Assembly: GCA_964427575.1 (NCBI GenBank)
Contig: CAYRVM010000002.1
Span: forward strand, 1-25,565
From: an uncultured Oscillospiraceae bacterium
Lineage (GTDB): Bacteria; Bacillota; Clostridia; Peptostreptococcales; Anaerovoracaceae
DNA: 25,565 bases
Direction of reading: 5' to 3'
A program made the position numbers and the translations under genes. The notes beneath the pieces are model-generated. The model ran no database searches. It was not told the DNA's origin and saw nothing but the letters and a program-made list of their open reading frames with translations. The stretch's first letter is position 1. Each line of letters begins with the position of its first letter. Shown here in pieces: positions 9,711 to 19,066 of the stretch.

Positions 9711-9950
9711 GTGATAATAAAAATTTTAGGTTCGGGATGCAGGAACTGTATCCAACTAACAGAAAATACTAAGACTGCCCTAAAAGATATGGGAATAGAA
9801 GCAGAGATTATAAAAGTTGAAGATTTCAAGGAAATTGTAGCTTATGGTGTCATGTCGACCCCTGCCCTTGTCTTTGATGAAAAGGTTGTATCAGTTGGAA
9901 AAGTTTTGAAGCCAAAGGACATAATTGGCCTCATTGGGAAAATATCATAA
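9711..9950 (+). CDS. Small thioredoxin-like redox-active disulfide protein (MTH895 type)
   Basis: IKILGSGCRNC (CxxC), YGVMSTPALV; GTG start after GGAGA. Confidence 0.85.
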   Translation: MIIKILGSGCRNCIQLTENTKTALKDMGIEAEIIKVEDFKEIVAYGVMSTPALVFDEKVVSVGKVLKPKDIIGLIGKIS

Positions 9951-9979
9951 GTATCTTTTGATAGTCCTAAAGCTAAGAT

Positions 9980-10720
9980 TTACATTTTGTCCTTGTCTTT
10001 TATGATGAAATTGTTTTTCTTGTAATCTATTATACCTTCAGCCTTCATCTTGCTAAGTTCTCTAGAAAGTGCGCTTCTATCAACAGATAGCCATTCAGCG
10101 AGCTCTTCCCTATTGAAAGGAATTTCAAAAGAGAGAGCTTTCTTATTTTTTGCGATATCCATAAGATATGAAGATATCTTTTCTCTCATCCCCTTCAATA
10201 ATAAATAATCTACTTTTTTATTGAACATTACATTTTTTACAGCAAGAATACTCATCATGTTTTGAATAAGTTTGCTATGAAAAGAGCAAGCCGAACTGCA
10301 GGTTGTTGTTATTCTTTTATAATCAAGAAAGCAAAGCCAACCTTCACTGCTTCCGACCACGGAGACAGGGCTTTCTTCAACTTCGGCACAAACTAGAGCT
10401 TCAGCAAACATGTCCAGCGGACCGAGCGTTGTGACAATTGAACGCCTTCCAAAAGTATCTTCTTTAATAATATCTGCAGATCCACTAAAAAGAATTCCTA
10501 TATGCCTGACTGGATCACCTTCCATAAGAAGAAACTGGCCCTTCTTGAACTGCCCAAAAGAAGCCCTCAAGCATGTAAGCAAGCCTTCTATTTCATCCTG
10601 CTTAATTCCTTGAAAAAGCTTTGAGCCAGACAATATTTTTGCCGCCTTCTGCATTTTTTCGAAGTCGGATTTTGGTAGATCGCCAAACGATGTAGCTTTA
10701 TTTCTATCAGTATTACTCAT
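9980..10720 (-). CDS. hcpR: Crp/Fnr-family regulator, probably HcpR
   Basis: cNMP-binding-like domain (FAEAL), CSSACSFH, and HTH REELAEWLSVDRSALSRELSKM; divergent from hcp. Confidence 0.8.
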   Translation of the reverse strand: MSNTDRNKATSFGDLPKSDFEKMQKAAKILSGSKLFQGIKQDEIEGLLTCLRASFGQFKKGQFLLMEGDPVRHIGILFSGSADIIKEDTFGRRSIVTTLGPLDMFAEALVCAEVEESPVSVVGSSEGWLCFLDYKRITTTCSSACSFHSKLIQNMMSILAVKNVMFNKKVDYLLLKGMREKISSYLMDIAKNKKALSFEIPFNREELAEWLSVDRSALSRELSKMKAEGIIDYKKNNFIIKDKDKM

Positions 10721-10791
10721 TTTTCTTCAATCCTATCATTTGCTTTAGATAAATTATATCCATAAATACTCTGAAAAATATTTATCTTTTG

Positions 10792-10833
10792 GTTGCCATG
10801 GCAACGCACTATCTATGATTAATGTACTATAAT
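10792..10833 (+). promoter_or_regulatory. Candidate HcpR operator plus -10 of hcp (class II Crp/Fnr geometry)
   Basis: Perfect palindrome GTTGCCATGGCAAC 10792-10805 and TATAAT 10828-10833; palindrome centre is at about -41.5. Confidence 0.7.
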
Positions 10834-10916
10834 TCAGTTATAAAAGCAATACGAGTGCTTGAATATAAATATTAATTAATGAATTTTATTTTGTAAATGT
10901 GAAGGGAGAAATTAAA

Positions 10917-12446
10917 ATGGGAAATATGTTTTGTTTCCAATGCGAGCAAACTGCTGGCGGAAAAGGTTGTTCAAACGTAGGGGTCTGTGGCAAACAGCCA
11001 ACAACTGCTAATCTTCAGGATGAATTGACGGGGAAATTAATTGACCTTGCAAAGAAACCAAATCTTACTCAGGAAGACTATACAACAATCATTGAAGGCT
11101 TATTTACAGAGGTTACAAATGTTAACTTTGACGATGAATCACTTAATGTAATGCTTGATAAGTTAGGACCTAAGACTGCAAAGACATTAGATATGAATAC
11201 AATTTGGGGCGCAAATGAAGATATTCGTTCACTTCAGTCTTTGATACTATTTGGACTTAGGGGAATGGCTGCTTATGCCCATCACGCCTTAGTTTTAGGA
11301 TATATTGATGATGAAGTTAATAAGGAATTTGCCAAAGGACTAAAAGCACTATCTGAAGATTTATCTGCTGATGAACTTCTAGGATTAGTTCTTGAGCTAG
11401 GAAATGTAAACTTAAAGTGCATGGCGCTATTAGACAAAGCGAATACAGAAACTTATGGCACTCCAGTTCCAACAAAGGTTTCTACTAATATAGATAAAGG
11501 ACCTTTCATCGTAGTTTCAGGACATGATCTTTTGGATCTATACCACCTTCTAAAGCAAACCGAAGGTAAAGGAGTAAACATATACACACACGGTGAAATG
11601 CTTCCATGCCATGCTTATCCAAAGCTAAAAGCATTCAAGCACCTAAAAGGAAATTTTGGAACAGCTTGGCAAAATCAGCAGAAAGAATTTATCGACCTTC
11701 CTGGCGCAGTTTTATTTACAACAAACTGCATAATGCCAGTTAAAGATAACTATGCCGATAGAATCTTTACAACTGCTATGGTTCAATATCCTGGTATGAC
11801 TCATATTGACGACAATAAGGACTTTACTCCTGTTATAAAAAAAGCTCTTGAGCTTGGCGGATATAAGGAAGAAAGAAAGATGACTGGTATCAACGGTGGC
11901 GACACAATGATTACTGGATTTGGACACGGAACTGTTCTTGCCGCTGCAGGAACTATAGTTGAAGCTGTTAAAGCTGGAGCAATTTCTAGATTCTTCTTGG
12001 TTGGCGGTTGCGATGGAGCAAAACCAGGTAGAAACTATTACACCGAATTTGTTCAAAAGGCACCTTCCGATTCAATCATTCTTACTCTTGCTTGTGGTAA
12101 GTTCAGATTTAATGATTTAGACCTAGGAGAAATCGGTGGATTCCCAAGAATCATGGATATGGGTCAATGCAACGATTCTTATAGCGCAATAAAAGTTGCT
12201 GTAGCCCTTGCGGAAGCCTTTGAATGTGGAGTTAACGATCTGCCACTTTCAATAATCCTTTCTTGGTATGAACAAAAGGCAGTAATAGTTTTGTTGACCT
12301 TACTTGCTCTTGGAATTAAAAACATTTATCTGGGACCAACATTGCCAGCCTTTGTTTCCCCAAATGTTTTAAAAATCTTAGTAGATAACTACAATATTTC
12401 GCCAATATCTACTCCTGACGAAGATTTAAAGAAAATCTTAGGTTAA
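10917..12446 (+). CDS. hcp: Hybrid cluster protein (hydroxylamine reductase)
   Basis: MFCFQCEQT...GCSNVGVCGK cubane motif, THGEMLPCH, TTNC, GGCDG, ACGKFRFN, GQCNDS, SWYEQKA; ATG 10917 after GGGAG. Confidence 0.97.
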   Translation: MGNMFCFQCEQTAGGKGCSNVGVCGKQPTTANLQDELTGKLIDLAKKPNLTQEDYTTIIEGLFTEVTNVNFDDESLNVMLDKLGPKTAKTLDMNTIWGANEDIRSLQSLILFGLRGMAAYAHHALVLGYIDDEVNKEFAKGLKALSEDLSADELLGLVLELGNVNLKCMALLDKANTETYGTPVPTKVSTNIDKGPFIVVSGHDLLDLYHLLKQTEGKGVNIYTHGEMLPCHAYPKLKAFKHLKGNFGTAWQNQQKEFIDLPGAVLFTTNCIMPVKDNYADRIFTTAMVQYPGMTHIDDNKDFTPVIKKALELGGYKEERKMTGINGGDTMITGFGHGTVLAAAGTIVEAVKAGAISRFFLVGGCDGAKPGRNYYTEFVQKAPSDSIILTLACGKFRFNDLDLGEIGGFPRIMDMGQCNDSYSAIKVAVALAEAFECGVNDLPLSIILSWYEQKAVIVLLTLLALGIKNIYLGPTLPAFVSPNVLKILVDNYNISPISTPDEDLKKILG

Positions 12447-12487
12447 ATCCAAGATACAATAGCATTTTTACTTGGGTAAAGATATAA

Positions 12488-12531
12488 GAAAAGAGGCTGC
12501 AACTAATAAAATAGTTTGCAGCCTCTTTTCA
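12488..12531 (+). terminator. Intrinsic (possibly bidirectional) terminator after hcp
   Basis: GAAAAGAGGCTGCA...TGCAGCCTCTTTTC inverted repeat followed by T-rich sequence. Confidence 0.85.
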
Positions 12532-12577
12532 TATTTTCTTTTAATTACTTTTATTTTAATTTATATTATAATAACTG

Positions 12578-12606
12578 TTGACAACTTAATTTTGAAATAT
12601 TATAAT
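12578..12606 (+). promoter_or_regulatory. Consensus sigma-A promoter for metY unit
   Basis: TTGACA 12578-12583, 17-nt spacer, TATAAT 12601-12606. Confidence 0.85.
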
Positions 12607-12627
12607 GTCTTAAAATATAAATATTTG

Positions 12628-12651
12628 TAAACATATATGTTTAGTATGTTT
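12628..12651. promoter_or_regulatory. Candidate repressor operator downstream of metY promoter
   Basis: Perfect 16-bp palindrome TAAACATATATGTTTA 12628-12643, plus AAACATA-N9-TATGTTT 12629-12651. Confidence 0.5.
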
Positions 12652-12684
12652 TACTAATCTGCTTATATCCATATGAGCAATTAA

Positions 12685-13983
<1,299 letters not shown>

Positions 13984-14079
13984 ATTAAAATTTAATATCC
14001 ATATAACTAACAGTTAAGCTATAATAAGCTTTATAAGAACCATCAATCTGAATATTATAGGGGTTTTATTAAACTGTAT

Positions 14080-15240
14080 GTGGGTAAAATAGAGAATATG
14101 GAAAAGAAAGAAATATATTTCGACAATGCGGCTACAACACCGCTCAGAAGGGAGGTTATCTTAGAAATGCAACCATTTATGGAAGCTTTCTACGGTAACC
14201 CTTCTTCGGTTTATGCCATCGGGAGAGAGAGTAAAAGGGCCCTCAACCAAGCAAGAGAGAGAGTTGCAAATGCTATTAATGCTCGACCGGAAGAAATAGT
14301 ATTCACAAGTGGCGGTACTGAAGCAGATAATTTAGCTGTTTTGGGAGTTGCAAGGGCTAATCGTAAAAAGGGCAATCACATAATAACTTCTAAAATCGAA
14401 CACAAAGCAGTTATAAGTGCTTGCCACGCCTTGGAAGAAGAAGGATTCAGAGTTACATATTTAAACGTTGATAAATTTGGGATTGTCGATTTAGCTCAAT
14501 TAGAATCAGAGATATGTAATGAAACTATCTTAATTTCAGTTATGCATTCAAATAATGAAATTGGCACCCTCCAGCCTATGGAAAAGATTTCTGAGTTAGC
14601 TGTTTCAAATGGAGTTTATCTTCATACTGATGCAGTCCAATCAATTGGGAATATTTCTGTTGATGTAAACTCTCCAAAAGTTGACCTACTTAGCCTATCC
14701 TCTCATAAGATATATGGTCCAAAAGGTGTTGGTGCCTTATATGTACGAAAAGGTACTCCTATTAAGCCTTTAGTATTTGGTGGCTATCAAGAACGCAGCT
14801 TGCGACCTGGCACTGAGAATGTGCTTGGTATCGTAGGGTTTGGAAAAGCTGCTGAGCTAGCCTCTAAAGAATTATTGGAAAACCAAAAGTGTATTTCTTC
14901 CCTTCGAGATTATGCCTTAAAGAAGTTGGAATTCGCATTCCCATATGGGAATTTAAATGGGCATCCAGATAAGCGGCTCCCTGGCAATTTAAATTTTTCA
15001 TTTACAATTGTCGCCGGTGAAACAGTGATTATGATGCTTGATACTATTGGCATTTGCGCATCTACTGGCTCGGCCTGCGCCTCTGGCTCAACTGATGCCT
15101 CACATGTTCTACTTGCATTAGGTTTATCACAATTTGAGGCTCAAAGCGCAGTGAGATTTAGTTTCGGAAAGTTCAACACTAAAGAAGAAATTGATATTAT
15201 GATAAAGGAATTAAAGAAGGCTATAGCTCGATTGGAATAG
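14080..15240 (+). CDS. iscS: Cysteine desulfurase, group I (IscS/NifS-like); alternative start ATG 14098
   Basis: YFDNAATT, FTSGGTEADN, HTDAVQ, SSHKIYGPKG (PLP Lys), STGSACASG (catalytic Cys). Confidence 0.92.
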   Translation: MGKIENMEKKEIYFDNAATTPLRREVILEMQPFMEAFYGNPSSVYAIGRESKRALNQARERVANAINARPEEIVFTSGGTEADNLAVLGVARANRKKGNHIITSKIEHKAVISACHALEEEGFRVTYLNVDKFGIVDLAQLESEICNETILISVMHSNNEIGTLQPMEKISELAVSNGVYLHTDAVQSIGNISVDVNSPKVDLLSLSSHKIYGPKGVGALYVRKGTPIKPLVFGGYQERSLRPGTENVLGIVGFGKAAELASKELLENQKCISSLRDYALKKLEFAFPYGNLNGHPDKRLPGNLNFSFTIVAGETVIMMLDTIGICASTGSACASGSTDASHVLLALGLSQFEAQSAVRFSFGKFNTKEEIDIMIKELKKAIARLE

Positions 15241-15295
15241 AGTAAGTAAAAAGATCTAGTTTAAAAGATATAGAAGTGCATAAAGCAGAACGGTA

Positions 15296-16648
15296 TTGAA
15301 TGAAATGAAAGAAAATAAATTGAGGAAAACAGTTATGGTCGGAATGAGTGGCGGAGTGGATAGCTCTGTTGCTGCTTCTATTCTCCTTGATCAAGGTTAT
15401 GAAGTTACTGGAGTTACGCTAAAGCTTCTCGAGAGCGAGGATGCTCCATGTTGCGCTGATCCGAGCGAAGGCTGCTGCACTGATCCGACTCCTGGGTGTT
15501 GCTCTGATCCGGCTCCTGGGTGCTGCTCTGATCCGACTCCTGTGTGCTGCGCTGATCCAAGTCCGGGTTGTTGTGCAGATCAAAGTCCGGGATGCTGTTC
15601 AGATGCGGACGCGGGATCTTGTTGGGGAGATTCTGGCACAGGAGAAGTTGCAGGTTCAGTAGCCGGCGCATACTCAAGTGCAAGCAGCACAAAGCAAAGC
15701 AAGACATGCTGTTCCCTTGACGATGTAGAAGATGCTAGGGCTACGGCTTTCAAACTTGATATTCCATTTTATGTTTTGAACATGAAGGCAGAATTTAAGG
15801 AAAAGGTTATAGATTATTTTATTGATTCTTATTTGGATGGGGAGACCCCTAATCCTTGCATTTATTGTAATAAATTTCTAAAGTTTGAAGGTTTGCTTAA
15901 GAAAGCCTATGCTCTTGATATCGACCATATTGCTACCGGCCATTATGCTAGACGCGAGTTTGATGAAGCAACTGGAAAGTATTTATTAAAAAAAGCCCTT
16001 GATCCATCGAAGGACCAGAGCTATGCTCTTTACATGTTAACTCAAGATCAACTCAGCCATCTCTTATTGCCATTAGGCAATCTAAGCAAGACCGAAATAA
16101 GAGCCATGGCAGAGCAAAAGGAACTTAAGGTTTTTAATAAACCTGACAGCCAAGATATTTGTTTCGTCAATGAAGGTGAATATCCCGACTATATAAAGAG
16201 ACATTCTTCTAAAAAGATCCTGCCTGGCAATTTCGTTGACAAGGAAGGAAATATTCTGGGTAGGCACAAAGGAATTATTTACTATACCGTTGGGCAGAGA
16301 AAAGGCCTAGGAATTGCTTGGAAAGAACCTCTTTATGTTTTAGCAAAGGATGTCGAAAAAAACACAATATTGCTCGGAAATAAAGATACTATAAAAAAAT
16401 CATCCCTCACCGCTAGGGAAATGAATTATATCTCCATAAGCGAACCTACGGAGATATTCAAAGCACTTGCTAAAGTAAGATATTCATCTAAGGAAACCGC
16501 GGTTACCGTAACTCCCCTTGCAGATGGTCGGGCGCTAGTCGAATTTCTAGAGCCTCAAGCTTTCATCGCCCCTGGCCAAGCTGTCGTGCTTTACGATGGC
16601 GATGTGGTTATCGGTGGTGGGATTATTGAAAAAGAACCTCTGAAATAG
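15296..16648 (+). CDS. mnmA: tRNA 2-thiouridine(34) synthase with Cys-rich repeat insertion; alternative start ATG 15305
   Basis: MSGGVDSS PP-loop, TPNPCIYCN (CxxC), IATGHYA, KDQSY, KPDSQDICF, YTVGQRKGLG, APGQAVV. Confidence 0.95.
   Translation: MNEMKENKLRKTVMVGMSGGVDSSVAASILLDQGYEVTGVTLKLLESEDAPCCADPSEGCCTDPTPGCCSDPAPGCCSDPTPVCCADPSPGCCADQSPGCCSDADAGSCWGDSGTGEVAGSVAGAYSSASSTKQSKTCCSLDDVEDARATAFKLDIPFYVLNMKAEFKEKVIDYFIDSYLDGETPNPCIYCNKFLKFEGLLKKAYALDIDHIATGHYARREFDEATGKYLLKKALDPSKDQSYALYMLTQDQLSHLLLPLGNLSKTEIRAMAEQKELKVFNKPDSQDICFVNEGEYPDYIKRHSSKKILPGNFVDKEGNILGRHKGIIYYTVGQRKGLGIAWKEPLYVLAKDVEKNTILLGNKDTIKKSSLTAREMNYISISEPTEIFKALAKVRYSSKETAVTVTPLADGRALVEFLEPQAFIAPGQAVVLYDGDVVIGGGIIEKEPLK
15449..15616 (+). 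repeat. Seven tandem 24-bp in-frame repeats encoding CCxD[P/Q/A]xx[G/V]
   Basis: CCADPSEG CCTDPTPG CCSDPAPG CCSDPTPV CCADPSPG CCADQSPG CCSDADAG, then a degenerate SCWGDSGT. Confidence 0.97.
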
Positions 16649-18029
16649 ATTCTGAATAAGTTGGATGTGGCCTGATTATTTTAGCCAAATCCTTCCTTGT
16701 TAGACCCAAAGAAATAGCCAAAACAAATTCCGAAATCATATCGGTAGCCCTATTGCATATAATGTGGGCGCCGATTATTTTTTCGCTCTCCGTTTCCAAG
16801 ACGACCTTTATAAATCCTCTCTCCTGTTTTTCGATGACTGATTTCCCATTTCCTTGCATTTGAACTTTTAACTCATTGGCTAATATCCCTTGTTTTTCTG
16901 CCTGTTCCAAAGTCATTCCTACCGATGCAATTTCAGGACTCGTATATACACATGACGGAACAACGTTCAAATCAATTGTTGGCATTTTCCCTGACAATTC
17001 TATAGCTAAATTTGTTCCTTGCGCGGAAGCAAAATGCGCCAGCTGGATCTTAGAAGAAACATCACCAATAGCATATATCCCGTTAATGCTAGTTTCAAAT
17101 TTCTGATTAACTAATATTCGGTTTCCATCCATTTCGACTTTAAGGTTTTGCGAAAACAAATTCTGGTAATTGGGTTTTCTACCAACTGCAATCAAAACCC
17201 CATCTGAAAGCACAATTTCTTCCTTATCTTTTTCAACAGACTTCAATTTGCATTGAAGGATTTCTCCATCCTCTTCAATGCTATTAATGCTATATTTAGT
17301 CATTATCTTGATGCCGCGTTTTTTAATTATGGCGGTCATATTTTGCGATATTTCCTTGTCCATTTCTGGGAGCAAGCTGTCCATGGCTTCGACGATTGTA
17401 ACTTCGGAGCCAAGAGAATTATATAACATAGCAAATTCGATTCCAATAACCCCTCCCCCGATTACAACAAGTCTTTCAAAGGCCTTTTCTTTTCTTTCGA
17501 GGAGCGTTGTGCTATTGAAAACTTTAGGGTTATCCGCACCTGGAATATCTAGTTCAATTGGTTTACTACCTGTTGCTATAATTATTTTATCGGCAGTAAT
17601 CTGAAGTTCTTCACCCTCGGCTGTTGAATCCTATGCTTCAATTAATTTAACTGAGATTTTATTTTCTTCAATGATTGAGGCTTCACCAATTATTAGTTCA
17701 ACTTTATGTTTCTTTAGTAAAAATAATATACCGCTTTTTAATCTTTCAATGACTTCGTTTTTTCGTGCCTGCAGTTTAAGCATATCAATCGAGATTGATT
17801 CTGTATCAAAGCCTGTTATTCCGATTTTTTCGACATCCTTCATCTCCCTAAAAATATTTGCCGTATGAATCAAAGTCTTGGTTGGAATGCACCCTACATT
17901 TAGGCAGGTTCCTCCAACTTCATTTTTCTCAATCAAACATACCGAAAGGCCCAGCTCGCCTGCTTTGATTGCCGCCGTATAGCATGCAGGGCCTGCTCCG
18001 ATTACAGCTAAATCATAATGTTTTTCCAT
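16623..18029 (-). pseudogene. lpdA: Dihydrolipoamide dehydrogenase interrupted by an in-frame TAG at 17631-17633 (pseudogene, readthrough or sequence error)
   Basis: ORF 17631-18029 (GGTCLNVGCIPTK) continues in frame past the TAG as DSTAEGEELQITADKIIIATGSKP...GGGVIGIEFA into ORF 16623-17429 (AIGDV, LAH, PEIASVG, HPTYSE). Confidence 0.8.
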
Positions 18030-18031
18030 AG

Positions 18032-19033
18032 CTACACCTCAAATGAATTATTTATAAAATTTATGGAATCTTCTAGGATTATTTTTTGTTCCGCCGGAAG
18101 ATTATTATTTATTGATTTAAGGCTAGTTTCTAATGTTGATTTTGAAAATTTTACACCTCGTAAAACATTGCTCATTTCATCAAATAGGTCGTATTCGAGT
18201 GAGTCAGAAAATATCTGAACCTCATCAACTTTATTTCCTTTAATTTTGAATCTAAGATTTATTGCACCCCAAGGGAATCTCTCTGAAATTTCCTTCTGGC
18301 AGTCAATGATTTTACCAAGCTTCCAATCCTTACTTTTATATTTTCGGGTCAGTTCCAAGATATTCTCTATGTCCAAATTCTCTTCAATAATTTCTTTTGA
18401 CTCTATACCATACTCTTTTGAATATGCCGCCACAAGAATATTTTTGAGCTTGTCTATGCTTAATTCTTGATTGAATTCCTTTAAATTTGCTACTCTAGAC
18501 TGAACAGATTTAACTCCCTTGCTTTCTAATTTGTCCTTGGATACGTTGAGATACTTACCCATATCCCCAAGACTCACATCGACTAGTAATGTCCCATGGT
18601 GGAAGCATTTCCCACCCCTTTCATAAAAGGCATTACCCGAGAATTTTTTACCATCAATGGTCAGATCATTTCTCCCAGTTTTTTCGCCATTAATACCAAT
18701 TTCACTAAGTGCTCGGAGGATAACATTTAATTGCTTATCTACGTTGTAGTTTTTCTTAGATGCAATAAATGTAAAGTTTAAATTGCCTCCATCATGGTAC
18801 ACAGCTCCTCCACCGGATAAACGTCTTGCTAGAAAACCTTCTCCCATTTCCAGCTCTTCGATCCTACATTCAAGAAAGGCATTTTGATTCTTGCCGACAA
18901 CAACAGTATTCCTGTTTTGCCATAGGAATAAAATGCATTGATCTTCATCAACACTATTAAGAAGGTTTTCCTCCAAAGCTAGGTTGTGGTATGGATTGAG
19001 GGAGGTGCTTATTATATGGTTAAGTTTAAGCAT
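18032..19033 (-). CDS. lplA: Lipoate-protein ligase
   Basis: VVVGKNQN, RRLSGGGAVYHDGGNLNF, KKFSGNAF, HHGTLL, GVKSVQSRV. Confidence 0.93.
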   Translation of the reverse strand: MLKLNHIISTSLNPYHNLALEENLLNSVDEDQCILFLWQNRNTVVVGKNQNAFLECRIEELEMGEGFLARRLSGGGAVYHDGGNLNFTFIASKKNYNVDKQLNVILRALSEIGINGEKTGRNDLTIDGKKFSGNAFYERGGKCFHHGTLLVDVSLGDMGKYLNVSKDKLESKGVKSVQSRVANLKEFNQELSIDKLKNILVAAYSKEYGIESKEIIEENLDIENILELTRKYKSKDWKLGKIIDCQKEISERFPWGAINLRFKIKGNKVDEVQIFSDSLEYDLFDEMSNVLRGVKFSKSTLETSLKSINNNLPAEQKIILEDSINFINNSFEV

Positions 19034-19066
19034 AGTAAAACCGCAACCTTTCTAAATTAATTTAAC

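Noticed and set aside
15449-15616. CRISPR array or mobile element as explanation for the tandem repeat
   Set aside because: No spacers; repeats are contiguous, in frame and synonymously diverged.
15414-15707. Two minus-strand ORFs with repetitive sequence (97 and 73 aa)
   Set aside because: Shadows of the 24-bp repeat in mnmA; no RBS or family motifs.
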